From Rhodosorus marinus CCMP1338 (taxonomy: Eukaryota > Plantae > Rhodophyta), in NCBI GenBank assembly GCA_029953675.1, contig JAMWBK010000008.1, positions 1,922,001 to 1,986,000 on the forward strand: a stretch of DNA of 64,000 nt, given 5' to 3'. A program made the translations under genes and the position numbers. This document shows, one piece after another, positions 22,116-34,988 of this stretch. The first letter of the stretch is position 1. Each line of letters begins with the position of its first letter. The notes below the pieces were generated by a model, which worked only from the letters and a program-made list of their open reading frames with translations, made no database searches and had not been told where the DNA came from.

Positions 22116-23476
22116 ATGGCTGGCAGGGTGGAGCCGATGGATGTTGATAGGGAGATTGTCTCGGAAACTTTTGGTAAGTGAACAGTTTTCAGTCTGGCAG
22201 AGGCCGTAGGGTTTTTTTTCTTTACTGTGCATTCTCTGGGTGTCCTCCGATATCCTCTTTTGACACGCTAGTTACGAACGCTTTTGGAAATGGTTGAGTC
22301 AGATGAAGCTGTTGACGAAGACATGGAGGTGTTCAACATGAGCCCGGTTGAGGCTCGAACTATGACACACGTCAATGCACCTATGAGAACATCTCCTCAT
22401 CTGCATTCGGGCGATGTGGTGAAAATTGTCAGGACACCGAAGCGCGGAGGCCAGAGCTCGAGACTGAGGAAGGCTATGGCTGCGCGGAGACGACATCAGG
22501 CCGAATCTGCTCGATCTGAGACAAGGCCGAAGCTGAAAACGCCAGATAGCGCCGAGAATCGTCGAGGCTCGCTTTCCGAGGACTCTCCTCAGTATGGCAC
22601 GTATCCACGAAAGAGCCCGTATGGAGCATATGGGCAAGCAGAAAGTGACGCTGTTCCGTCCTATGCCGATCCTCTGAAGCCCGACTCGAGTGCTGTGGAT
22701 GTGGCTACTAGACATCAGCAAATGATTGTAGTCTTGGCTGGCTACCTACAGCTCGTTTTCAATCTTGTCCTCGTGTCGGTTATTCTCTACTCGTTGATAT
22801 CGTTTGCCATGAGCGTTCGTCAAGACATTCAGCTCAAGGTATGGAAAGCTTTTCATCAACCCCAGGACGGCTGTGTTTTCCTGGAAGCTCGGTCTTAGTT
22901 CTTGGCTCCTTTTATGCTTCTGCTCAGGTGAACGAAGAGATTGCAGATATCAGAACGGATATTGAGCGGTGCCGATTCAACTTTTTTGAAAACCGATGCA
23001 ACGATGAGGATAGAATTGTGCCTCGAATGCGTGAGCAATGTTCAGAGTGGGCATCATGTCTAGGAAGAGACCCCGCAAATGCAGCGTACCAGACGAGGTT
23101 GACTGCAGAACTCATTGCAGAGGTGAGCATAGCAACTGCGTTTGCGCTGGGGATGCTGGGCGCGCTGACTCGGATGTCATTCAATTTACAGGTTGTCAAT
23201 TCATTCATTGAACCAATCTCCTACAAGACGATGGTTTTCACCATTGGGATCACAATTGCGTTCACCGTAATAAGCAACTTGGCATTCTACATGGCCAGAT
23301 CGAAGAGCAGTCCCATTGCCCCCTTGCAAATTGAGCATATTGCAACTAGTGAACGGTTCTCGGAGGCCGCATCAAACCGAACCCCAAAAGCACCGGGGTC
23401 CTCTAGGAAAGAGAGATATGACGGCTTCCATGCTTCTGGAACACCTCGTCGTTTAGAGTTTTATGAGACGAACTAG
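22116..23476 (+). CDS. BRL1: Brl1/Brr6 nuclear-envelope protein
   Basis: Two TM helices flank the four-Cys luminal signature (GYLQLVFN...IERCRFNFFENRC...REQCSEWASCLGRDP...AEVVNSFIEPISYKT). First exon MAGRVEPMDVD is inferred. Confidence 0.85.
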
Positions 23477-24163
23477 TCTTCCGCCTGGGGTGATTTTGAC
23501 TCTTCTATTTTTGTAACTGTATACGTTGTCTAATAGCCCCGTAACTAAAACTATCTTAATTTGCAAGATCACTCCAGCGACAAGAGAGCAACCGAACAGT
23601 TAAGTTTATGGACGCAGGATAGGTCCTCCAATTTTTTGTTAAGCTGAAGAGCATATTTGGGGCCAACCACCTTGTCGCCCTCGATCTACCGGCGTCACCG
23701 TCCACTGTCATGAGCTGTCGCCGTAGTGCGGTTTGAGACTTGACAGTAAAAACAGTATCACTGAGTCTCTGTCGTCTTCTGGTGGCATCTGTCCGTTCCA
23801 CAACAAGTCAACTTTACTTACTATCACACCTTCAAAGACCCAAATAGCATGCCACATCCATGCGACCTAGACACCAACACATATACCCGTATTTCGTCAT
23901 CTACTCTTGCAAGTGCCGACGTTGAGGCACCAACAACCATTCAGTTTCAGAAACCCATCGCCAGGTCGCCAAGGGCTCACTGCTTGAAAACGCAGTTCCC
24001 GAGCAGTAAAACGAAGAAGCTGTGTGCAGAGCCCAGCCCATCGGTCTTGAATCGGCTCGCACCCTCGATACGTCGAGACTGCATCATCGCTGGAGACATC
24101 AAGTTAACAGCTCATCAGCGGGGACCTTGGGCTGGTCAGACATCGGAGGAGCCCGAACATACT

Positions 24164-26463
24164 TCAGGCATTGTCATCGTGAGGGCGACCTTGCCATACA
24201 GATTGTTCGTTGTCTGCGTCATCATAGCTCATCGACAGATCCGCATAGTTAGGTGCGACGACAGCCTGGCACGCCTCATCCTCGACTTCGACGTGCGGAT
24301 ACAGACCTTGTTGCTCGGCTTCAACCTCTTTCGGCGCGACCGCGCCGAATTCAGCCTGCGCTTCTTCAGTTTCTTGAGCAGCATCAACTTCGCCATTTTG
24401 AGGACCAACTTTGTCATCTGCCCAAGCATCTTCGACCAGCTTCTCACCAGACTCCAGGTAGTCGGCCTCATTTCTGATGGGGTACTTGCTAAGAATCAAG
24501 AGAGGCGCCTGAATCTCCCTGTCTCCGCCCTCATAGACGTTAGCCCAGTCGAAGATGCTGATCCCAAAAGTGCAAACAGTGATCAGCACCGTGTACGCTG
24601 TGTAAAAAATTCCCGGGGTTCGAACGTCAGCTTGAGAAGTTTGGATGTTTTCTGTCTTGCAAACGAAAATGGACATACCAGCTGCTACTGTGACTGTGTA
24701 GATGAAAAGAGAATAGCAGAACGCAATCAAGGAGTTGTCGGGACCACAGCCAAGGGAGTACGCAGTCCCGACGACGCCCGCCATGAAACTGCAGTCGACC
24801 GTAAAACCTTCGATAAGACCCTGACCGTTCGGGAATCACGGGCCGCTTTCTCAGTTCGGGACACGTACTTTCACCACGACGCTAGGTTGAGTAAAAGGGA
24901 ATTTGCTTACCGAAATGCACATCACGAGATCAGTTGATATTACTGAAGTGAATCCTGGGATCAAGGTGAGGATTCGAACGATTTGATCCTCGTGCTCCCG
25001 CTGTTTGGATAAGCGGAGGTCCAGGAGACGAGGTCAAGTTAGTTTGGTGCTACCCTCGCTCCAAGCGGTATTGTGGAATGAGATTGTTGGTCAACTAACT
25101 TACCACCTCGCTAAGTATGCTGTTAACGTCATCGGTAATTCCCCAGTTTTGAGGGCAACGTAAGAAGAGCTCGTTGACGATGTCGGGAAATAAACTCGTG
25201 TCAACGTTTGTCTCTGGGATGATTCCCCCATCTGCATACAGACTCCTCGCCACGGCCTCTGCAGTTATGCACACGTCTGAGGAGAGCGTTCCAATTACAG
25301 CCCCCGCACCAGCGACAACCCAGCAAAGGAACAGGAACAGGAAGCAGAAAGTACCGAAAACAAGCTGCGCGAACCACAAAGAGTTGGGTTTTCAGAACAA
25401 CTGAGAGGTTGAAGAAGACCCAAAGGTACATGCCGAATTCCTGGGCGAGAGTTTGTACTTACCGGTCTCCAAATCGATCGTTTCGCTGGGAAAGCCATAA
25501 CCGCAAACAGAGGAGCAAATATTCCCATGAAAATGACAACCACGAGGCAGATGACGACTATCAACGCCGCCGTATTGATGTCTTGAAGGATGTCTTTGTT
25601 GTTGACAACATCGTTTACAACACTTGATACATCTTGCATGGCCGTTTCCACATCAGTAACAATTCGCTCAGCAACTTCGAAGTCTGCGAGCTCTTCCTCT
25701 GATAGACCAGTCCGGTTGATCTCCCTTACGGAATTCAGCGAGTACACAGCTGTATTAAAGAGGAAACTAACCGTATCGTCTACGACATTCAGGGACTGAT
25801 CCACGGTCTGTTGGAAAAAGATAGACAGGGGGTGCTTAGGCTTTCGATTTTTTCCTTGGTTCTGGACAGCATCCTAGATCTTTAAGAGCACGATATATAC
25901 CCATAGTACAACACCAATAGCCTCATGAACAAAGGTGGCAGACGACATTGCCAAACCCGTGCACGCCAGTGCTCCCATATTCAATATCAAGAAGAAAGAG
26001 CTCAACCATACTTTGTAGCGACTTTTTGTGAACGCATATCCCTGATTGATCTTCTCAAAACGTTTCCAGAAAAACAGTCTAGTGATCGTGACTACGAGCA
26101 ACACACAAGAAATAACCAAGCCAACAATCCAGTACGGCGCTCCAGTAAGAATCGCCCCGCGCAAATCTGATGAGATGAACGAAATCAGGTTCGAACATCA
26201 TACAAGGGCAAAACCAGAAGGTCAGAAACAAACTGTGCGACAGCAGGGACTGGCCTCTGCGCAATCGTCTGAACAGGAACGTTTTCCAAACGCTTTTAAC
26301 ATTCATCCAACTTACAATCTTCGCTCACTTCGAACTCACTGGTGCTCCCGAATCGAGTGAAGCTCGAGAGGACACCAACAGCGTGGTGACGTCGCAGGAG
26401 CTCTCTGAGCTGCTCAACACTTGGTGCTAAGCTATGCCCGTTCAGACATTGAATGTTCTCCAT
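24164..26463 (-). CDS. Multi-pass membrane protein with a tweety/prominin-like topology, multi-exon
   Basis: About five hydrophobic helices, large helical loops, the LCWVVAGAGAVIGTLSSDVC segment and an acidic C-terminal tail, spread over ORFs 25874..26164, 25295..25804, 25095..25379 and 24164..24784. Confidence 0.7.
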
Positions 26464-27048
26464 TTCCAATACTCTGTAGCCAGAACACAACCAAACACCT
26501 TTGCTTTCAAAAAAGCACCAGCTCGAACAGCTCCAGTCCTTCACTGCAACTATCAGCTCCCAGGACCTGACCTTCAGTTCACTCGCTTCACACAACGCCC
26601 GGAGCTCTGTGCCTGTGATGAACAGCAAGAAACCTCTACTCAGCTTCCAAAAAACTTCTTCGCCTCAACAAAACAAATTGAGTGTTGGATACAAGACAAA
26701 ACCCCTCAACTACAGTATTAGTATATCGCCCTATCGTGAATTTTTGAATGTTTTTCAATACATTTATCAGGCATTGGATTCGAAATTGCCTTAAAGATAC
26801 TCAATATACGATCTATATCTGACACATCGCTGTTGTTCCTATTACCAGTAGTTTTAGTAGCCGATCATGGGAACTAACCCCATGGCCTTCGTAAAGGGGT
26901 TAGAATTTTTCATATGAAGATAATATTTACGAATATTCAGCTAGTGTTTTGCACAACTAGCAACCCCCTCTGATATCGTTCGAATGGTTGCTTTCCATAG
27001 GGCTTCCCGACCTTCCTGAATTTTGAAAAAGGCGTTGTTCGGTGGAAG

Positions 27049-27295
27049 CGTTGGCCGGGAAGGCCATTCGGGATCATCCCTGGGGGGTACTGCGGTAGTG
27101 GGGCAGTATCGTAGGTAGTTAGTAGATAACCGGTACGTAGTAGCGTAGACGATTGTAACGTGATTGAATTGGATCGTTCATACTCGTCGTAATACGGTGG
27201 GCTACCCTATCGAGTACTTAATGAATTGTAGGTACTCAATAAAGAGGGGGTAACGGTTCTCGGGGAAAAGTTGGGGGGTACAATTTTGTCGAACA
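27049..27295 (+). repeat. 5' LTR of the copia element
   Basis: First 170 bp match 30400-30569 (about 85-88% by eye). Contains AATAAA, ends ...GAACA and is followed directly by a TGG-starting PBS. Confidence 0.8.
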
Positions 27296-27307
27296 TGGTC
27301 TCATCGC
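27296..27307 (+). promoter_or_regulatory. Primer-binding site TGGTCTCATCGC
   Basis: Starts with TGG immediately after the LTR-terminal CA. The same 12-mer follows the gypsy LTR at 63105. Confidence 0.8.
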
Positions 27308-30300
27308 CAAGGCGATGGGTTATTTCTCTTTCTGGGTCGTTATGGCGAGGGAAGAAAGAGAGGGTGGCGGTTTGCCAAGGGGGCTGAGGATGCCTAAACC
27401 CTTCTCGGGAGGAGAAGGGAACAGGTCGTCGTTCGGCCGATGGAAGTTTCAGATGCTCGCGTACCTAAACTTCCACAACTTCGCCCTGTCGAGAGTAACT
27501 TCTTGCTCGACAGCGGCTGCACCGACCACGCTTGTAACCAGCGGAGATATTTCCACGTTTACAAGGAAAGCGAGCAGACCCCAATATACTTAGGGAACAA
27601 CTAGACAAGTCCCGCCGTTGGGAAGGGGGGTTAGCTTCCCCTTGCGCTCAGGCGCGGATCTAGTACTGAAGTACGTTTATTACTACTTTCGGTGAGAACT
27701 TGTCTAGCTAAAGGGGTCCGACTCCATAGATAAGGTCCCAGCAAATTGGTCAGAAGTAAAGGAAACGCCTCAGTTATTACTTGTAAACTCGGAGCTGACG
27801 ACCAGTTTGTCGCGGACATCATTCCTTATAAGTCACCAGTCATAAATGTCGCGGGCAACAGGCGAAAGTCCAGAGAGAGGATGCATCAACGACTAGAGCA
27901 TCCAGGAGAAGAGGCTTTGGACGTCCTAGCCAGACGGGACTAATCGACGTGGAGGAGAGAGGAGCCGGTTGCAGGTATTGCAGAAAGGCCAAAACAACGG
28001 CAGGCACCCTGCAGCAACCTCTCCGGCGTACGGAGAACCCTGGGGATACTGTGCAGACGGATATCGTGGTCCGTTTCCTGCCGGTATGCGAAAGGAGAAA
28101 TACCGGCGGTCTTCGTGGATGAGGGGACTAGCTGGATTTCGCTCTTCGCTCTCACGAAGAAGAGCGAGGTGGATGAGGCAATGAGGGAAGTAATCATTAG
28201 CGTCCAAACCCAGTACGGCTCAAGGGTGATGAAGATTAAGTCAGATCGGGCGAAGGAGTACGAAGGCGCCGAAGTGATGCTGAAAGCCTCGGAATACGCT
28301 GGGATCCCTCCGCTCCACAACTCCAGCGAGTAATGGCATCGCGGAGAGGGCGGTTAGGACAGCAACCGAGGGGCTCCGGGCGTGCGTCCTGGCGAGCGCG
28401 CTACTAACATGCTTCTGGCCCGAAACAGTACCGACAGTAGAGAAGGGCCTGAACCTGACACCGCGTAAGTCCCTAAAGTGGAAAACACGACTTGAGCTCG
28501 TGACGAAGAAGGCTCCGGACGTAAAGGGGATGAGGTTCTTCGGGTGTCCCGTCGAGTATAAGCGTGCGGAAGCTGGCAAGCTAGCCAAACTTGACTCAAG
28601 GATTGACAGCGGCATCCTTCTGCATGTGAGCGAACCGAAGGTCACTAGAGTATACAGACCTGCGCGGAAGGAGTTCGTACACGTTCGACACTTCAACACA
28701 GCTGAGGATCTGAATAAACCTGAAGAGATGAGGATCAATATCCGGCGAGAGCTACGAAAAATGTACATGGCAGTTCCATCGGTGTACATCTAACGAGCAA
28801 AGGAGACTCAATGTACGATGTTGAAATCCCGAAAATTTGGGAGGGAGGCGATGCGTACACCATACACAGAGGATTGGAGAAGAGCTGTCGCGGAAGAGCT
28901 CGTAGCGAGCCGGGAGGAGCTCCGCTCGCTACGATCAAAAAATTGCTTGGAGCCTCATTCGTAGGTCAGTGGTGTAGAGGGGAGAGAAAATTCTACAGTC
29001 GCGGACCGTGTTTTAAGTGAAGCGAGCTCTGGACGGGTCTGTCCGACGCTTCAAGGTGAGAGTAGTTGCCAAGGGCTTCACGCAACGGGAGGGCATCGAC
29101 TACGAGAAACTTTTTTCGCCGACGCTTGAATTCACCAGTATCAGAGCAGTCTACACCATTGCCGCGATCGAGGACCTCGAGATCGAGCAGGCAGATGTGA
29201 AAACTGCAAATCTGAAAGAAGAACTCTACATGCAGCAGCCGCAGGGGTTGGAGGAACCCGGAAGGAACGATATGATTTGTAAACTTAACAATGGCTTGTA
29301 TGGTTTGAAGCAAGCCGGAAGAATTTGGCACGAGACTTTGAAGCGCGACCTCACGAACCATGGGTTCGAGCCTACGAGGTCTGACCGATGCGTTTTCAGG
29401 CGGAACCTTACGATCGTCGCTGTCTACGTGGACGATCTGTTGGTGATCGGTAGGAAGGCTGACGAACCGGGTGCGAAGATGGTGCTCAGCGATCTGTATG
29501 AAATGGAGTTCCTTGGTGAAGTCGATGAATTCTGGCGTCAAGATAGTGAGGGATAGGCCGAGGAAACTTGTCTACCTGAACCAGACCTGGTACTTTGAGG
29601 CATGCGCTAATTCACTCCAATGCCATGTCTGGATGCCGGGAATTTAACACACCGGCGACCAAGGAGCGCGCAGAGACCGTTACAGGGAACCTGATGACGG
29701 ATTTACCTTACCAGGCGCTCGTGGGTTCTCTGGTCTACATTAGCACGAGAAACCGCCCGGACATTGCCTACGCTGTGGGACAGCTGGCGAGGAAGATGAG
29801 TAGTTACAGGGTAGGTGATTGCGAACAGGCGAAAAGAGTCGTCCGTTACCTGCAAGGGACACTTAACCACTCCTCATGTCCGGGGGATATTTCGGAATCT
29901 GGTTACATATCAGAATCTGATCGCATGTACCAGATAATCGGGTACAGCGATTCGGATTGGGCGGCTGATCAGGAGAGCAGACGGAGCACCAGTGGGATAC
30001 CGGTAACTCTGAATGGTTCCGCAGTGAGCTACAGGTCATGGCGGCAACGTTCGGTGGCCCAATCAGCCACAGAGGCCGAGTATCAGCCTCTGGGGGACAT
30101 GATGTCGATGCAACGGTGGTTGCAAGAACTTCTCGCAGAGTTGGGCAGAAACGTCGAGAAACCCTTGTTAGCCTATTCGGACAAAAAATCCTGCATATCT
30201 TGGGCAATAAGGTACGAGCAACAAGATGTCGAGAAATGTGTCCGTGAAGCTACTCTATTCGAAGGAACGATGTGCGTCGGGAGAGGTTAAGTTGTCATTA

Positions 30301-30399
30301 CCTCTGTACGCAGGAAACGGTAGCCGACATTTTTCCAAAACTCTAGCCCGAAGCTAGGTGTGTCCGAAATTAAAGGTAGGGAGTCATCTCGAGGGGGAG

Positions 30400-30569
30400 T
30401 GTTGGCCGGGAAGGCCACTCGGGATAATCTCTGGGGGGGTTACCGCGGTAGTAGAGCAGTATCGTACTAGTTAGTAGATAACCGGTACGTAGTAGCGTAG
30501 ACGATTGTATCATGATTGAACTGGATCGTTCGTCCTCGTCGTTGACGGTGGACAACCCGATCGAGTACA
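30400..30569 (+). repeat. 3' LTR of the copia element (apparently truncated)
   Basis: Begins TGTTGG right after the PPT and aligns with the first 170 bp of the 5' LTR. Confidence 0.85.
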
Positions 30570-31324
30570 GTCAGAAGCAAATTCTTTAATTATTACGTAA
30601 TTTCATGTCTGATAAACTTTCATCGGACGGAAATGACGACCTTTCTATGCTCCTATTGGCCATTGTCGCCAACAGCAGTCTATTGTCCTCTATCTCTGAT
30701 TGCGACGCCGCTTACTTTCTCACATTTTTCTGCTCTAAAACGGAACTACTCTACACCTTGGGAAGGCAGAGTGATTTGGGGGGTTGATAGCGCGAAACCC
30801 GCTAGTGAGGGACAGTATTGACTGATTTCTTCAACATAAATGGATCAATTCTTCCCGGCTGCAATCAATTTTATGGAATTCCTGACTTTTCTTTCGATTT
30901 CGGTTTTACCTTCCAAATATGCACCGTGTGGGAATTTTCGTCAGCACGAATTCAGAAAGATACCCCCTCGTCTTTGACGCACAACAAACCCAGCTCCAAT
31001 CTGGGACAATACGTTTCCTTGTTTGATGTGATATTTTGCGACTACTCGATTGTCCGAACCCTTTTGAAATACCTTCCTCCGTCTTCCAGCCAATGAAAAG
31101 GATTTACTTTCTTGTCACAATCTCACATATGCTGGTTGACGTCTGCTCAATAAACGATTCTTCTAATGTTTTGCAAACACAGAATTTATTACGAACTATG
31201 AATTTCATCCGGGGACAGCTGTCTTTTGTTCGTTCTAGCCATTTTAGTCATAGAGGAATGCGTGTGGTATGTTTCCTTACCGATTTTTTTGGGGATGTGT
31301 CCATGTTTAGGGGGCATCAGTGTA

Positions 31325-31495
31325 AAACAAGGGGTATAAAAAGAGGAGTAAAAAGTGTAAAACACAAGAGTATAAAGAGGAAGTATAAAAAAAAAACTGT
31401 AAAAGTGTAAACAAGAGTACAACGAGGAAGTAAAAGTATTAAAAAAAGTATTGAAAAGTCTGAAAAGTGTAAAAAGTGTAAAAAGTGTAAAGGCG
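31325..31495. repeat. A-rich low-complexity repeats (AAAAGTGT units, duplicated CAAGAGTA..GAGGAAGTA)
   Basis: Directly visible in the sequence. Confidence 0.7.
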
Positions 31496-32335
31496 TTATA
31501 GAGCGTGAAAAAGTCATCGGATTTGGATCATAATATAGTTCACAGCTTCACAATACCAAGATGGAATACACGGGCATTTACGTAAGCTTTTTGAGAATTC
31601 CATATCTTGCTGGCGATTATCAATGGTCCTAACCTACGTTTCAGGGTCGTTGGCAGACTGTCTTCAAATCTGCCATCGGCCGCATTGCTCAGTTCGCTTT
31701 CGGGCAAATTTCTTAGTTGGCATTCACCTACCGGCGGGCAACTTTTCCCTGAACTGCTCATTTTTTGTTGCTGACGCCTGACAAGCATGCCCTCTTTCCT
31801 GGGGTTCGTAGAGTCACAAACGCATCAGGTCTGACTAGAGTTCCTCGTGAAATCTGCAGCGTATTCATGAGCTTCCGGAGCAAGCTCTATGATAAAAACT
31901 CTAATAACACAGTTAGACCCGTCGCTGCGAGTGAGACACAGGGTTTTCTAGTATATGTCCCGGTGCCGATAAGGACATGAGGGAGCATGCTCGCAACCAG
32001 ATATTGGATCGGCGTGAGGGATTGATGCGTTAGAAAATTGCAAGTCAAACCGAGCATCCAACGCATACTCTGCACCGCTGGTCTTCAAAAAAATTATTTT
32101 TGGATGTGATGTGCTATTTAGGTTTTACTGCGAATACCCAGCGGCTGTTCGCTGCTGGATATTCAAGCTGGAGGTTTCCTTTCAGATTCGTGTTCAGTGC
32201 TCAGAGGCTTCCTCTTGAGGAATTCATGGAACCTCCGATAGAATACGAATACCGCACCGCGAGTATCTCACACTATCCTTATTCCGTTTTCGTTCTGCTT
32301 TTCTTGTTTAGTCTTTTTGTTTGGTGGGGTAGCAT

Positions 32336-33402
32336 CTACTGTGTGTTTAGCAGGAAGTTGCCACCTTCAGGAAGGTATGTTACATTTCTAGACCGAGAAA
32401 GGGTGGACGCGATATCCTTCGCAGCCTCGATTCTTCGCAGCTGAATGAGGCCATCTCCAGCTTCAGCCAATGAATCGGAAATCACCTTTGCGGCACCAGA
32501 TTCTCCTTCAGCCCGAATAACAGCGGCGTTCTTCTCCTGTTCAGCCACCATGACAATATACTTGGATCTTTCCGCATCCTGCTGTGCGACCTGCTTGGCC
32601 TCAATTGCTGACGCGAACTCCCTGCCAAATGTCAAGTGGGTCATCGATACATCGTCCAGTTCGATATTAAACGATCTAAAACATCGACATCCAAAAGTCA
32701 GTTTTTTGCGACTATCTCTGTACTCAACAGGTCCGCTAGTGAGAGCAAGAGCTTCCCCTCTCGCGGGGATCAGATGCTAAAGGGTTTAATTTCGAATCGC
32801 TTACCTTGCTCGCTCAGTTAGGGTCTCTCGGATTTGTTTCGAGACCATCTCCCGCTGCGTCAAAAGTTGCTCCGCATTGTACTGGGCAACAATAGATTTC
32901 AAAACCTCATTTGTAATAGAGGGTAGAACTCTTTCATCCCAATCAGACCCCAGTCGCTGATAGATCTGCGGCAAATTATCCCGGTCCGGTCTCGACAGCA
33001 CACGCAGCGAGAGGTTCACCATCTGAAGGTCTTTTGTCCCGGTCATGGAGCTGACCACACGAGGGCGAACCCTAACATCGAACAAAACAGGTCTCTGCAC
33101 CCACGGAATTTTAAAGTGCAAGCCCTGTAACCGAGATTGAAGACAATCGGAGCGGCTCCCGAGTCAGTCTCTCAAGGTGCTACCGCATCTCGTATCTTTC
33201 AACTCATTCCATATTGAGGACGACTTACCTCTCCACGCACTTGCTCTTCAACACCAGTGAACCGATTGAAAACGACCGCTCTCTGTCCTCCATCAACGAC
33301 ATACAGGCTGCTCTGGAGTACCCCAATTGCCGCTCCTGCCGCAATCGAGAACCTGGAGAGATTGAGCAAAGCCTTGGATAAACTATCCGCTCTCGAGCTC
33401 AT
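32336..33402 (-). CDS. PHB1: Prohibitin (PHB1/PHB3 type), 3 exons
   Basis: [50 protein letters not shown] and [10 protein letters not shown]. Two GTAAG...AG introns. Confidence 0.97.
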
Positions 33403-34750
33403 GGCTGTTTTTTGGTCCCTCTTCTCAGATCCTAGAAAATTCCAAGCCCAAGACCGTCAAATACAAGAAGTACCTCTAGTTCTTCCTCACCGATTACTAC
33501 TCCACCCGTCTGCAAAGCACACCTTTCCGACAATCGCCATCCTCGCCACCACAAAGCTCCGCCTTTCAGCATCGCCAATACCAAAACATATTACTTAAAG
33601 TACCACCTTCGAATATTTGGCAATAAGATAGAATAGTATTGGCTTTAATCAGTCCTGTATATGTATTTTATATTATATTTGATCAATATTAAGGATAGGC
33701 TAGATTTTTAAAGAAATTATAGCATAATCTTGGTTAAAAGTCTACAGTTATCAGTAGAATATAAAAGTAAAAAAGAGTTTTTGGCCAGTGGGAAGGGCAA
33801 GAACGCCATTCTATCCATCGCGTGTCGTTCTTGGGCCCCGCCGATGTTCCACTATTCATCATGAAAACGAAAGCAAAATCATTAGTGGGAACCCTCCAAC
33901 GCAAAAGTATTATTAAAAACCCCAAGAAAATACCGCCTTTTGTCGTAAGGGAGGTTCTCAGACTACCAGCAAAGAAGGGTTTTATTCAATGATTATACCG
34001 TTTAAATCTGTAAAGTACAAGGTCGCTTTTTTGTTCGATACCTTTTAACCCCTCGGATTGCGAATCCACATCAAGGAGAAAGGTTGATTTTGTAAAACTT
34101 AAATGAGCTTATGAAGTATTGAAGCGGTCCCATGGCATACGCACTTTTTACGAACCGAATAAAACCTTATTTGGACTAGATATATAAGAAACTCCGGTTC
34201 AGACGATATAATGCAGAGCTTGTACTATCGGTGGCTGCTGTACTAAAACCCAAGGCGATGTAATCCAAGCTTAGTGGAAGCGGTTTGGATGCGTCTTGTC
34301 AGAAGTTGAGACTGTCATCCGAACGGGTTCCATTAATCTGGCAGAGATGTTCCTGCAGGCTCTGTCGGGTTCGCATCAGCCCCCGTTGCTGCTGATGAGG
34401 GTTTGCTCTGCTTGAACGCCCTGCCGCTCCTTTAAGCACAACCTTTACCTAGGGGGCCCGGACTGCTGAGGGGGTCTTCGGTAGTGGTCCATACCTGAAC
34501 TCTTTCCTGCATGTGAAGCTCCAGTCTCAGCACTGGCGTATAGCCCCCGTGATCCATCGACATATGCACAACGCGGGAGGGTCTTAGGTCGTTACTGTTT
34601 CGGGCTCTTCTCGGACAAAGAATCCAGTTGTCAAACGGAATTTCGAACTCACAAACTCCCGTCTCGCAACGTTCGAAACCGGCACGGTCAAAACACGATA
34701 GCGTCAAGGCTAGCGCCCGTAATCAGGCGGGCCATGCAGGTCAGAGGGCG

Positions 34751-34829
34751 ATAGCCAGCGAGAATCGAACCCACAACCTTTCGGTCTCGAAATATGGTTT
34801 GCCAAAGACCAGAGGACGGTCTTGGCTGA
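34751..34829 (-). tRNA. tRNA-like relic with a good 3' half and an atypical 5' half (probable pseudogene)
   Basis: Minus strand reads GACCGAAAGGTTGTGGGTTCGATTCTCGCTGGCT, giving a variable loop, T-stem and B-box. AGCCA/TGGCT acceptor pairing and GACC/GGTC and TTTGG/CCGAA stems are possible, but U8, U33 and the D-loop GG are missing. Confidence 0.35.
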
Positions 34830-34988
34830 AGACAGTTGAGGGTGGGCGGGTTGGGGGTGCAGTTGTGCTTGGGATGGGGGGAGTGATGGCTAGGGGATTG
34901 ACAAGAGTTGATGGAATTGTGTGCGAGTGTTGAAGAGGTATAGAATTTGTGATTCAGAAGAGCAAAGAAAGGATACATTTGTTTAAGG

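Larger units (their letters stand above)
27049..30569 (+). mobile_element. Degenerate Ty1/copia LTR retrotransposon (gag mostly deleted, pol frameshifted)
   Basis: Order is gag start (PKPFSG..F.RWKFQMLAYL), protease FLLDSGCTDH, integrase (HQRLEH, C..C, KIKSDRAKEY), RT (FKVRVVAKGFTQREGIDY, YVDD) and RNase H (GYSDSDWAAD...STSG). PPT GAGGGGGAG at 30391-30399. Confidence 0.95.

Noticed and set aside
23849-24937. 362-aa + strand ORF and the basic 80-aa ORF at 24229..24471
   Set aside because: Antisense and shifted frames of the membrane-protein exon; no recognisable motifs.
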